Shown: in pieces, positions 37,901 through 49,900 of the stretch | How positions within the stretch are numbered: the stretch's first letter is position 1 | How the letters are laid out: each line of letters starts with the position of its first letter | Assembly: GCA_040954595.2 (NCBI GenBank) | Contig: CM082577.2 | Span: 10,441,846 to 10,505,845 of the forward strand | Source of the DNA: Balanoglossus misakiensis | Taxonomy: Eukaryota > Animalia > Hemichordata | DNA: 64,000 nt | Reading direction: 5' to 3' | Made by a program: the position numbers and the translations under genes | The notes under the pieces: generated by a model | Told to the model about the DNA's origin: nothing | What the model saw: the letters and a program-made list of their open reading frames with translations, nothing else | Databases searched by the model: none

Positions 37901-40900
37901 AAAATGTGACCATATTGTGACTATAATTTTATTAAACTTTTTTGTATCTTTTCTCTCTTTCCAACAGCATTCTGGGAATGCATCTCTTCGGGTGTAAATT
38001 TTGTGAATATCTAAATGATGAAGAGAAGATCTGTGATCGAAAGAATTTTGATTCGTTGCTCTGGGCTATCGTGACAGTGTTCCAAGTAGGTGCCACAAAT
38101 GTGAAGTTCATGTCTCCCGTCAACAAAACTGTTCCCTTGGCTGTGTCCGTGTTATTCGTGGATTTCATTTCTTCCAATTATTAAATGGGGTTATTGCCTT
38201 CTGTAAAAGACTTTACTCCAGTGCCTGTGGTTATGACCGCTAATAACTCGTCCCATTGCTGTTAATGACATTGCTTTATATAAATGCCATGAAATTTTGT
38301 TGTCGCTTTTGCAGTGTGGCAGAGAAATTTGCTTTTTATTGTGTGCATGTGGTTGCTTGGATTTCAAAATTGCTGGTTTCAGCCACCCTAGTTCTGGAAA
38401 TGAATGACTTAATTGGGTCAAAGACTTTAAAGGGGCAAAAACGTTTTCTGAAGCATCAAATTTTCAATGTACATGCATGTCGGTTCTTCTGGCATTAAGG
38501 TGTATCATTCATGTTTCTGATCCAATTTTGAACTTTGTGGGAAAACAGTGACATTTATACAGTGATGGAATTTTCAGTTTGTTTTGTGATTCAATCCAAT
38601 ATGGCCACCAGTCGGCCATCTTAAAATGTCTGCAGGGGTGTACAGGTGCACATAAGTACATTCATTTTGCATCAGTCCAAAATGATGTCTTTTGAAATCC
38701 ACGCAAGGACTACATCATTCACAATCATTGTCTTCATGCGTCCTACACACTCGCGACATCCAGGTTCCCCATATCATTCATCTGGACTGTCACACCAAAG
38801 ATCACTCACTGTTTTACAGATGATGATGATAATGCCAACGTCATGTCATGTGGAGTATTTTTTTTACTGTCTCCACGGCCTCCTGAAGTCGAGAAATGAA
38901 ACGGGCAGCCATAAAAACTTTGTGATTAACTTTTAATGTTCTTGAATTGCAGATTCTAACGCAGGAAGATTGGAACATCGTGCTGTATAACGGCATGTCG
39001 AAGACATCCTCCTGGGCGGCGTTGTACTTTATCGCATTAATGACCTTTGGAAATTACGTGCTGTTTAATTTACTGGTGGCCATCTTGGTCGAGGGCTTCT
39101 CGTCGGAGGTGAGTCGTCTGATATGCAAGCAAACGCCAGGAAACGTTTGTCACGGTTGCCTTGATATTACCCACTTTGCAGACATCATTACCGACATTAA
39201 ATTCGACGCCAGGGATAATTAAAAGATGACTCACTTTCTGCAGACAATGTTTTTTCCCCCCGAAGTCAGGGGGAGACAACAAGGCTAGTACATTTGCTGG
39301 AGTCATATTTTATGGATAATTTGTTTTAAGCGATCAGTGTTTGGTACCTTAGTATGAAATATTGAATTTTGTCATTTTGAACAAAGATGTCTAAAACTCA
39401 CTGTAATATCTCTGGCAAGTGCAAACATTTCCATGCCTCTTGGTTTTTGTTATTTTTCAATCATTATGAACCTCGTGTAAAGGTTAATTGTTGGTAAACC
39501 GATCTCCGGGCTGTTTTGACTTTAAAATATTACAAAAATGCCATTTCATAACCTTGTCTCTACTCTTTAAACTCTCTTTCTCCCCCAAAATTGAGGAAGT
39601 GATTAGTTTCAGGGGCAGAGTTGTCTAATCCATTATTGTCACAGAAAATCTGAATGAACAATTTAAATCATCACTTTCTGGTATTCTGGTGGTGAAGTTT
39701 ACCTTTGGGCTGATTTCAGCTGCAAAAAAATACTCATTTTGACAGGTCTGTCGGATTGAACTGAGCACGTCCAGATCAACTTTTTCCTTCACATATTGTA
39801 CATTTCCCGGTGATCTCGGTCAGTTCTGATCTGTAATGACATGTTTTTCATTCACACCATTGTTTGCATGCACCGAAAACCAAAACCAATACTATCTACT
39901 TTTTTCTCTCTTTTTTCCTGTATCTCCATACACTCTACCACCACAAACTATGTATATATATATTTCTTATGTATATATATATATATATATACCCCTCCTT
40001 TTCTACCCCATCCACTCACGATGTTCACATTATTACATTTGGCTGCATGTGCTACGTTGTAAATATGCTTGGTAAGTACCACTCATCATCTCTTTCAGAT
40101 GTTTTTAAACTTTTTTTCCTTTACAGTTTTTTTTCTTTCATCTTAAATGTTACTTACAGCTTGGTGTGTTTTGAAGTATCTGTGTTGTATATTACCCTTT
40201 GTGACTGCATACATTTGCTTCTTGTGCCTAAAGTTGCCATTCGTGATGTTTATTAGTCCCCGCTGGGCAAAGTCCAAAAGGGGCTTAGAGCTTCTGTCTG
40301 TCCGTCTGTCTGTCTGTCTGTCTTGGCCACAAATGTTTCTTTATTAGTGAAAGCTGGCACAGAAAGCAGTGATCTTAGATCTGTGATGCACTGGTAATTT
40401 TTACCATCAACAGTGGACAACTGAGTATCTCTTTTCAAATATATCGAAATCAAAAATACATTTATCTTCAGTTGAATACACAGACTAGTTTACTAGGTCC
40501 TCACCAGGCATTTGTATTCTTGATATCGCCATAATTTATGATCATCCTGATATTCATGTGAAATTTTTTTTCTCACAAATCTTCACAAGACTTGGATATG
40601 TAGCCTTTGTCATTGGCTTGCTGGGTGTTGTATTTCATGTGGCATCCATTTTGTTGTACGTAATATGCCATTTTATGTTTGGCAACCAATATGCAGTTCA
40701 CACTTCAATGTGTTTTTGCCACTCCCCTGCTCTGTGAAGATTTTTTAACTGCTTTATGGAAACTATATCATCAACATTGATTGTGTTTTTTGCATTTTGT
40801 GTGATTTGTCATACGGCTTCTACATGTATCTTGCGATTTTTTTCTCTCAATATTCTTAACAGTGTGTGTCTCACAATTTGTGTGTTTTTGCCTACGCTCT

Positions 40901-43900
40901 GTCATTAATGGTAAAAGACTTGAATGCATAATTTTTTTGCTGTTTATGCTTAATAACCGAAATACGACACAGGCAATCCGCCGAATACGTCATCTAAACG
41001 TGTCTCCCTCTTTCAGGACGAAAAAAAGAAAGACGTAGATGCGGAGAGTTCCGACGACAGCTCCGAAGACGGCTCGCAGAAAAACAACAACTCGAAAGAC
41101 GCAAAGTTAGTAGAAGACGGGTCCCTGGATGAAGGTTGGTTTATATTTTGTGTGGTCTCCTATCATTTATACCAGTGACTTTATGTGTTAATGATATTTT
41201 AATTGCTGTATGCCTTGTCATGCAGTGAAACACTGTGTAGCATTTATTGCCGTGAGAAATATGTCGGACCGCGGTCATCGGTAATTGTGACAGTTCGATG
41301 TCTTTTCTGAACTTGTTCGTTTGATGTTATTACACAGTAAAAAAATTAAAGCTCACTTCTAAATCTTTTCTGAACTTGTTCGTTTGATGTTATTACACAG
41401 TAAAAAAATTAAAGCTCAGTTCTAAATCTTTTCTGAACTTGTTCGTTTGATGTTATTACGCTAGTAAAAATTTAAAGCGCAGTTTGGTAGCTGATATAGA
41501 ACTCGGTTTGACATTCATTGGTGATGTGAACATGGGGCTGGGAGCTCGCAAAAGTTCTTACACTCGGTTTGACCTAATTGTGGTGAGGGGTTAAAGATAG
41601 GGCAGCTGGGGTGTTACTGTCTCCACCCTACATGAAATTGGAGTTTATGATTTGAAGTTCTTGAGTGATGCTGCACAGTTGTGAATGTGTCTAGGACAGA
41701 CACCCCCTGGGCATTTGCCCACCAGACACTCACCCGAACCATCTCCCTAACCCTGTGCGCTAACTGGTGGATGGGAAATGGTTGGGTGTCCCGTTACAGA
41801 TCACCACACATTTTTAATCATCACACTAGCGCAGAAATATCAAATTGAGTATATATGAATCTTTAATTACCCCAGAAATTATTGCAGAGAGAAAAATGGT
41901 AGAAAATGGGTTTGACAGTGGTACATGTAGTAGGTATTATGATAGTGGTAGGTATGATGTTTGAAATAATAATCAGGACAAACATGACTGTGGCAGAGAG
42001 GGCCAGCTGTCATCTCAGATAGGTTTGGCATAATCTTTGGTAGAGCAGTGGCTATAGCCAGCAGATAGGCATCTGCTTGTCATCTGCACCGCCAAGGGCC
42101 AGAGATGCAGAAACAGCCGCAGGTGCTCTGTAACGTCTCAGACACGGTGTGTAGTAGGAGCCTATTCATTGCACCCAATGTTGCCTGTTTTTCTAGAAGG
42201 GAAGACGGCAGCTGACAGCAGCGATCCACACAGTTCTCACAGAGCGTATCACGGCAGTCATTTACGTGGCCCTCCTATCATTACTCATACAGCGGCCACT
42301 CCTCAGGGTTCGCCCAATGCAGACAACCCTAGTAGTAAGAGTAGCGCCCGGCACAACCACGACGCCACGCTGTTCGATTCCGACAGTAGATCAGTGGTGA
42401 GTACAAGTGTATGTGTGTTTTCCGCACTCTTAGTAAAACTGAGGCATTATTCACTTGTGTTTGGTGGGACATTTTAAAACAAAAATATGGTGCTTTGTTA
42501 TATTTTATGAAGAAAATTTTTTTTTGTCAAATAACTTTTAAATTGTCATTGCCTGTCATCTTTGAAGTTTAATCCTTCCACCCCCATTTCCACAATGCAT
42601 GGGTCCAAATACTTCATTGAAAATATTGAATTGACCCAAAAAGTAACAAAAAGAAGGATGTACAATGTATTTATTATTACCACAAGTTCAAAATTACAAG
42701 AAAACAGCCTTCATGGATTTGATGTACACATAAATGTGACCTGATAATTCTAATTTTGCTTCCGATAGTCCACGCTTAGTATTCGTGCATCGCCGCAGTT
42801 GCGCCGAAGGGGAAGTCGCAGTAGTGACTCGAGCTTTGCTGACAACAGCAATGGAAGACATTCCGAAAATGGCAGAGAGCGCAGGCCAATCAGACAACAC
42901 AACAGTCATCACAAGAAGAGGAGGTAGGTATACAGTGAAAATGTCTAAAATGGAACCCTGTCTAATCTTGAAACCTGTCTATACTGATCACATTTTCCAT
43001 TGCCTTGCTCATAAAACCACATGTTAAAAGAACCTATAGTATTAACTGGAAACCTTTGCAAATCGAACTTACATAGTAAACAGGGTTTACTAAAAAGTTA
43101 CTTGAAAAAATGGAAGAAAGAAACCACATGCTCTGTCTGTATTTATCAAGATTTTGTTTGTGTTATTTAATAAACAGACCTTCCATCGATAATAGAGAAG
43201 AGTCATCTGACAACAGCAACCTAGCGGCACCGGCCATGTCCGCGGAAAGCAGACGAGCGTCGTTCGCCTCCTGCAATGGGGGCTCGGTCACCGCCAGCAC
43301 CTGCAACGGCAAACGACCGTCCATCTGCAGCCAGACGCCCGACGACGACGACAAAACCGACGTCCACAAAGTCCCGTCGGTCGAGGTGGTTGAAGACGCA
43401 GACGCCAAAGACGAAGTGGTAAGCAGACCTAATTTGAATATGTCTGCATCTGTTTATGTTAAGCGGTTAAATTTAAATATGCAAATTACCGTACCCGAAT
43501 TAACACTTTTTTTCGCTTCTGTATTATTTAGGACGTGTGTGCATATAACATGTATGGCTATTTTATTTTAGATGTGTATAGAGGTTGTTCCTGGTGTGGT
43601 ATTTTTTTCCACGATAGAGTCGTTGATTTTTTCTAGAATTTATCATACCATATAGTATAGACAAAAATAGGACCCTTATTTGCCCTAAATGGAAAGTTAG
43701 TCCACATCTCCCTATGGGTCGACTGTTGATTTTTTGTTGTTTTCTTGTTTCATATAAAAACAGAAAAATATTTTCTGTGCACTTTAGTATGATGATAACT
43801 GCACACACCACCACCCGTATAAATATAATGCAACTCTCTTAGCTTGCACATTGAAAAATCATAAATGCCTGGTCTGTGTCGATCGAGTCAACTTCCGTCT

Positions 43901-46900
43901 CACAAATCACGTCAGCTGATTTACTCTAAACTATTTCTCCTGTTATCTTTGCTATTTCTCTTCTCTCTCTCTCTGTCCTTCTTTCCATCTTTCTCATTCT
44001 CTGCACGGCAATATACAGGCCAAGAAGAAGTCCTGTTTTCTTTGCAGATTCTTGTTCTGCAATTGCAGGGTAACTCAAGCTTCCTGACTTCCACCCCCAC
44101 CCCCCACTCTTCTCCATGTGTATAATAACAATTACAGCACATTCTATATACATGTATAAAGAGTCCCCTACAATGTCTCAACCTTAAGATTTCATATTTT
44201 AGTAATTTCCTATACTCAATGGCACTGTGGCTCATAAACTTTCCACAGTCATTTATTTCCTTTGTCTTTCTGTTTTTCCAATCTTCTCCCTGCCTATCAC
44301 AGCACAATGTAATTAAAATGAACAAGCAGCTGCATACACAACTATATAGCTAACCGCATATAAAACAAGCTGACACTTATTAAAGTAGCATTGTCATCTC
44401 TCCAACATGCACAGCAGTGGGATGTATATAACAATAACCACTTGCATTACCTGGTAGATTAATCTCTCAAAACAATTAAGTTCTGAGTAAAATACTGGCA
44501 ACATCACTATACACAGACAGTGATTTCAGTCATGTTCACTAGTGATGACTTTAATCAGAGACTTTCCTCTGCCTTGGATGATGTTGACTTTAACCTTTGA
44601 ACCCTGACCCAGATAACCTATGACATCATACAGGGTATCCTCCCCATGGGGTTTAAAGGGTTAACTTGGCTGTGATGGCACCCAACATTAGTTTCTGTGT
44701 GAACAAGGATGTTTCATATAATATATTGACATGCTCCAATCTCCCTCCCACTTCGTGATTGATTGTGCACAAATCGAGTTCAAAGTAATGATATGCGATT
44801 TGACCAGGTCACCCACCATCTTCACCCCCAAACCCAACCCATTACCGTACCCCCCCCCCCCCCCCACCTTGGAATTGTGCAAATAACATCAACCCCATCC
44901 TAACATTTGTATCATGGTTTTCTCCCCCTACCTTTCCTGTATTGAAGCTGCGAAATGATTGTACATGTTGCTGCTATGACCTTTGTACGGTAAATCTCAA
45001 CAAACAAAAGCGATGCTGCATAATCTCCTTCGTTAAATACATTCTCACGTCACTTATATTTTTTACGCACATTCCCAGAACAGTTCCATATTGTGTCACT
45101 CAAATTTTGCTGATTAGCATAAAGAAGGTTGAGACTTTAGCATAAAGAAGGTTGAGACTGACTGGTTTGGTATAAAAGTCACCCCTTACAAGAAACATTC
45201 TATAGATATTTATAGATTTCTATAGCCTTTTGAATTTCTATAGAAGTTAATAGAATTTCTATGGGCATCTATAGAATTTCTATGGAATTCTATGGAAGCG
45301 TCAACATTTATAGAATGCTATAAAACTTTATAGAAAATTTTTCGTAAGGGACAGCTCTTGTGAACACAAGGATTAGAATGATGCATTTTTGTGACCGACA
45401 CTGAACGAACTTGACACACACTGCCATCAAGCTTGTCCGCACGAACTTGCTGTCAAGTTTGAGGTTTCCTGGCGAAGGACACAATGCGAACTGGCACTCA
45501 TTTCATAAAATATCTTGATTGCTGGTCACCAGCTCTTCTCACACCTAATGCATGTTTCACACTTTTTTTAATAACAACCTCTCTCGAAGGAACGATATGA
45601 TAGTGTTTCAGCTGCTTGAGTTTCTCCCATTTGGGAAGTGTCCTTTTTTGTGTCTGTGTGCCAAACTTTATTTGGAAGTTTGTGCTCTTAAGACAGTAAA
45701 TGCTTTTTTTGTTTTCGAAACCCACAACTACTGGATGTTTTTGCAAAATTGTGAACCGTAAAGCATCAATTTTGCAAGGTTTTTATCTTGGATTGCCATT
45801 GCACAGAAAGCATTGATCATTTTTTTGACTGCCTACATGCAAGCATGGGATGATTTTTGTCCTTCCTTTTTTCCACTCCATGTGTGTGTCAGTATTGTTG
45901 CTTTTGGACTGAATTCGTGCATTTTTTTCGCTCTATGTCACGTGGTGGTATTTTTTGTGATATTAATTGCAGTCTCTCTACCTTTTCATATTTTTTTTGT
46001 TACAAACAAATTGTCGTCAATGTCATCATCTTTCATCTTGTATAATTGGTGAGTGCGCATTCATGCTGTTGTCAGTGTCAACATTGATGTTTTTATCTGC
46101 AGAAACTTTTTGTTACATACCTTAGATAATCATTAGATGACATAATTTTCAAGTTTAGAAACTTGTGTTTATGTCAGATGTACCCTGAGAAAGATTTTTT
46201 CTGAACATTTTTGCATTTCTCCATGCGTTCTAGTATATTGTAGCGAACTGTGTACTTTTGCACCCCTGTGCTCAGTCGGAGTTTGGTACAACCGATTTTG
46301 GTCAATCTGACTGCTACACGGGGGTGGAAGGGTGGACACATTATCTTGATAATTGCATGGAGTTGAAATAAGAGCAGTCAACCATGACACAAGCCGGGTA
46401 GTTTTGTAGTCTAGACATTGCACTGCCACATTGCAAAATCTTTAGAACCATCAAGATGTAACTGAACAGGTTTCACACGCTCAAGGAAGCTTGTCGAAAA
46501 ATCTTGGGGGGAAATTACAGTTTCTGAATAATCCAGAACTTTATTCAGTTGTGCATGTCTTGTTCACTATGCAAAATTTTGAACACTATCATATTACCCT
46601 CTTCACCCCCATTTCCAAGTACATGGTTTCATCCACTCTATTGAAGACAATAGGTGAAACTATGTATTAATTGGGGTGAATGGGTTAGAAACTTAACCAC
46701 ATACAAAACAATGAAAACATTACACACAGTTGTGTGTTCTGAGTCTCATAAGTTTATGACCCGCTAAATGATCTTAAAGTCTAGTATTTTTGACGGTGTG
46801 TGATGTTCAAATGGAAACATTTTGCTGTGAGAGAAAAAAAATTAAGATTTCTACTTGCGAACAGGTTAAAACCGCAATTTAATACAGATTTCAGTAAATT

Positions 46901-49900
46901 TCAATCAAAATGGTGGATTCACACCAACAAAAATACCAGGATGTAAAGGTCACGTGGGGTCATAAAAAATAGCCAGTTCTGATTGCGTACTTTAAACCTG
47001 TGACTGATCTCTCTCTTCCTCTCTAGCAGATACTCTGTGCTGATTGGCTGATGGCCGTAGTCTACACGTTAGATTTAGTTTTACACTTTGCATGTCACCA
47101 CCGTGCTGCAAAGTGATGTTCAGATTTTCTGGTAGATTCCCTCTCTTTAGTTCAGTAGCCGCATAGACGATAGAATAGACACTACAGCGCACAGTTTCTG
47201 AGAGTACAGCGCCCCCTTGTCTGTGTGTCGTTTGGTCCCAGTTTGTAGAAGTTATATTCATTTGAAAATTATGCAAAAAAAAGTTGTGAAATTTTTGCGC
47301 AAAATTGTTAAAGCGCATTGAGATGTATTATTTAATGCGCTATATAAGAAATCAATATTATTATAATTATTATCATAATGCTAAGTGGTTAGATTTGTTG
47401 CAGTTTATGTCTCATTCTTGAGGCAGCCTACAGGTCAAAGGTCATGATCACACAGGCAAGGAAGCTGTACGTCCTCTCTATATAATGTCACCTTTATTGC
47501 TTTAGTTGCAATAATGATACAGCAGCATTTATAAATTACATATTAATCTCCCCTTTTTTTACCAATTATTGTTTGTGAGTAGATTTTTGTACCGGAATAA
47601 TAATTCCGTGCGTGCCTTCATTCCTTAGGAATGTCCTGAAATCTTATTCAAGTGCTGTCCGGAGCCGAAAGGTTGCTTCAAGACGAGGGAGGAGTATTCG
47701 TTGTATTTGATTTCACCAGAAAATAAGTAAGTATGAGTAAATGTGAATGTATGACGATCTTTTTTTTTGAAATTTTTTTTTACAAAATAGATGCAACATT
47801 CTTGCAACATTCTCCTGACTGGGAGACATTTGACCCCAGTATCTGTTTAAGGGGACATTTTGCCTTTTTAAATTCAAGATGGAAACATCGACTTAAATGC
47901 ACGTTTTTTCAGCCCACTTTTTGTAAATGTTTACACACATGATAAGTGTTGATTTAAAAAAAAAATACTTCCACTTTTTCAGAATTTTTTATTCATCCAT
48001 GTAAAAAATGTCTGTTTTGTACTTTCTTCTTGTGGATTGTATTTTTAATACATTTTTAATGTATTAAACTCTTGAAGTAGTAACTTTTTTAATCAACTGC
48101 TTTCATCTTTTTTTCCTCAACATTTTGTAACGAGGGAAAGTACACATTTTTTAACACTGTAGTCTAAAACACTTTTATTATTATCTATTTTTTCCTTTTT
48201 TTTCTTTCACATAATTTTTGTCATCTATCACTCCCACTTCTTTTTTTGGGGTGAGTAAAAAAAATCAAACTCTTGGAGTGAACTAACACCACCAAAAAAA
48301 GCCCGGAGTGTTTTTTGCCAGCGCTTTTTAGAGAGCTGCATGAGATTTTGTTTTTAGTGATTTTTTCAGGCGTTGCTGAAACGCCACTCACATTATTAAG
48401 GATACTTTTTTATTGAAAAAAAAAACAAGAGAAATTAGTCGTGTGTATTTTTAACCTTTTTGATTTTTTAATGGCATGAAGTAAGGACCTGAGCAATCTC
48501 GCTTCAACTTCCCGTATTTTTCCCCCGACCATGCTTCTTTTTCCCGAAGCCTTGCCGAATCCCTGCAGAGTGGTGAACACACAACGTAATGTCATTCTAT
48601 CGTAACTCCCCCGCTCTATGTTACAGGCTTAGGAAGAAAGTATCAGCAATAATCGCCACCAAGTGGTTCGATTACGGAGTCCTGGGTGTTATTTTCTTGA
48701 ACTGCATCACCTTGGGGATGGAGCGACCCAGCATCAAAGACGACAGCATGGTAAGTTTGTCTCTGGTGCTGTGGGGTCAAGGGTCAAAGCTGTGGTGTCA
48801 GAGGTCACAGTGTGGCCAATCTGTGCACTCTTGGAACCATAGTCCTTATTGTGTGTTCGCTAATAAGTATCTCTCACACACAGACAACTTGACAATGTGA
48901 CCATGAGGTCATCTGCAATTACTTTTAAACCAGCACGCTCCCTGTAGCCATGGCAATATTTACAGAAGTTACTGTTTCTTCCAGGATATGTACGCTACGA
49001 AGAAGTAACACCCTAGATGTTTTTATTAATTCACTAATATTTTTTATCAACAAATGTGAAAAATACTGAATTCTCCTTGCTTTATACAGGAGCGAAAGTT
49101 TCTCATGATCACAAACTATCTGTTCACCGTCATCTTCGCCTTGGAGATGATGGTGAAAGTGTTTGCGAAAGGCTTCCTCTTTGGCAAGCATGCGTACTGC
49201 AGAAGTGGTTGGAACTTGATGGACGGACTTCTGGTGGTCATATCACTCGTCGACATCGTCATATCCTTGGCAGCTTCTTCCAGTCCGGACATCTTCGGTG
49301 TCCTGCGTGTTTTGAGGTTACTGAGGACCCTTAGGCCCCTTAGGTGAGTGGAGGAAGTGGCCAATCACAGCCAATCACTGAAGCTGTATGGTTGCATCAG
49401 TAGCCAATCAACTGCATTCTTTCTGCATATTTAAATTACTGCGTAAACTCAAATAGCTGCCTGTTATTACAGATATTAGATCTTCAAATAATATATTTTA
49501 TGTTCATTTTTTTTGTTGTTGCAAAAATCGCGAACTTTTTTATGTTACAAAATAAAAATCCTGGTATCATTGTGTTTCTGCAAAAGACATTACACCTCGA
49601 TTTATTCAATGACATAAGTTTTTTGTCAATAAATAGTTATTCAAGTGGGAACTGTTATGACATTAACAAACTCCATTATGTCACAGAAAGTTTTCACTTC
49701 TTTTTCTGTCTTCTCCGTTTGCAGGGTGATTAGCCGAGCGCCCGGTTTAAAGCTAGTTGTACAAACCCTGCTATCGTCGCTGCGTCCCATTGGCAACATT
49801 GTGCTTATATGTTGTACATTCTTTGTCATTTTCGGTATCCTTGGTGTACAGGTGAGTCGAGATCGATATTTTTCATGTTTTCTGTAGATTTTCCCAAGGT

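Noticed and set aside
41301-41484. Tandem repeats as a CRISPR array
   Set aside because: Head-to-tail units without unique spacers, in a eukaryotic intron.
45973-46048. Exon ending at the strong GTGAGT donor at 46049
   Set aside because: 76 nt from the nearest AG, which would shift the frame; no homology.
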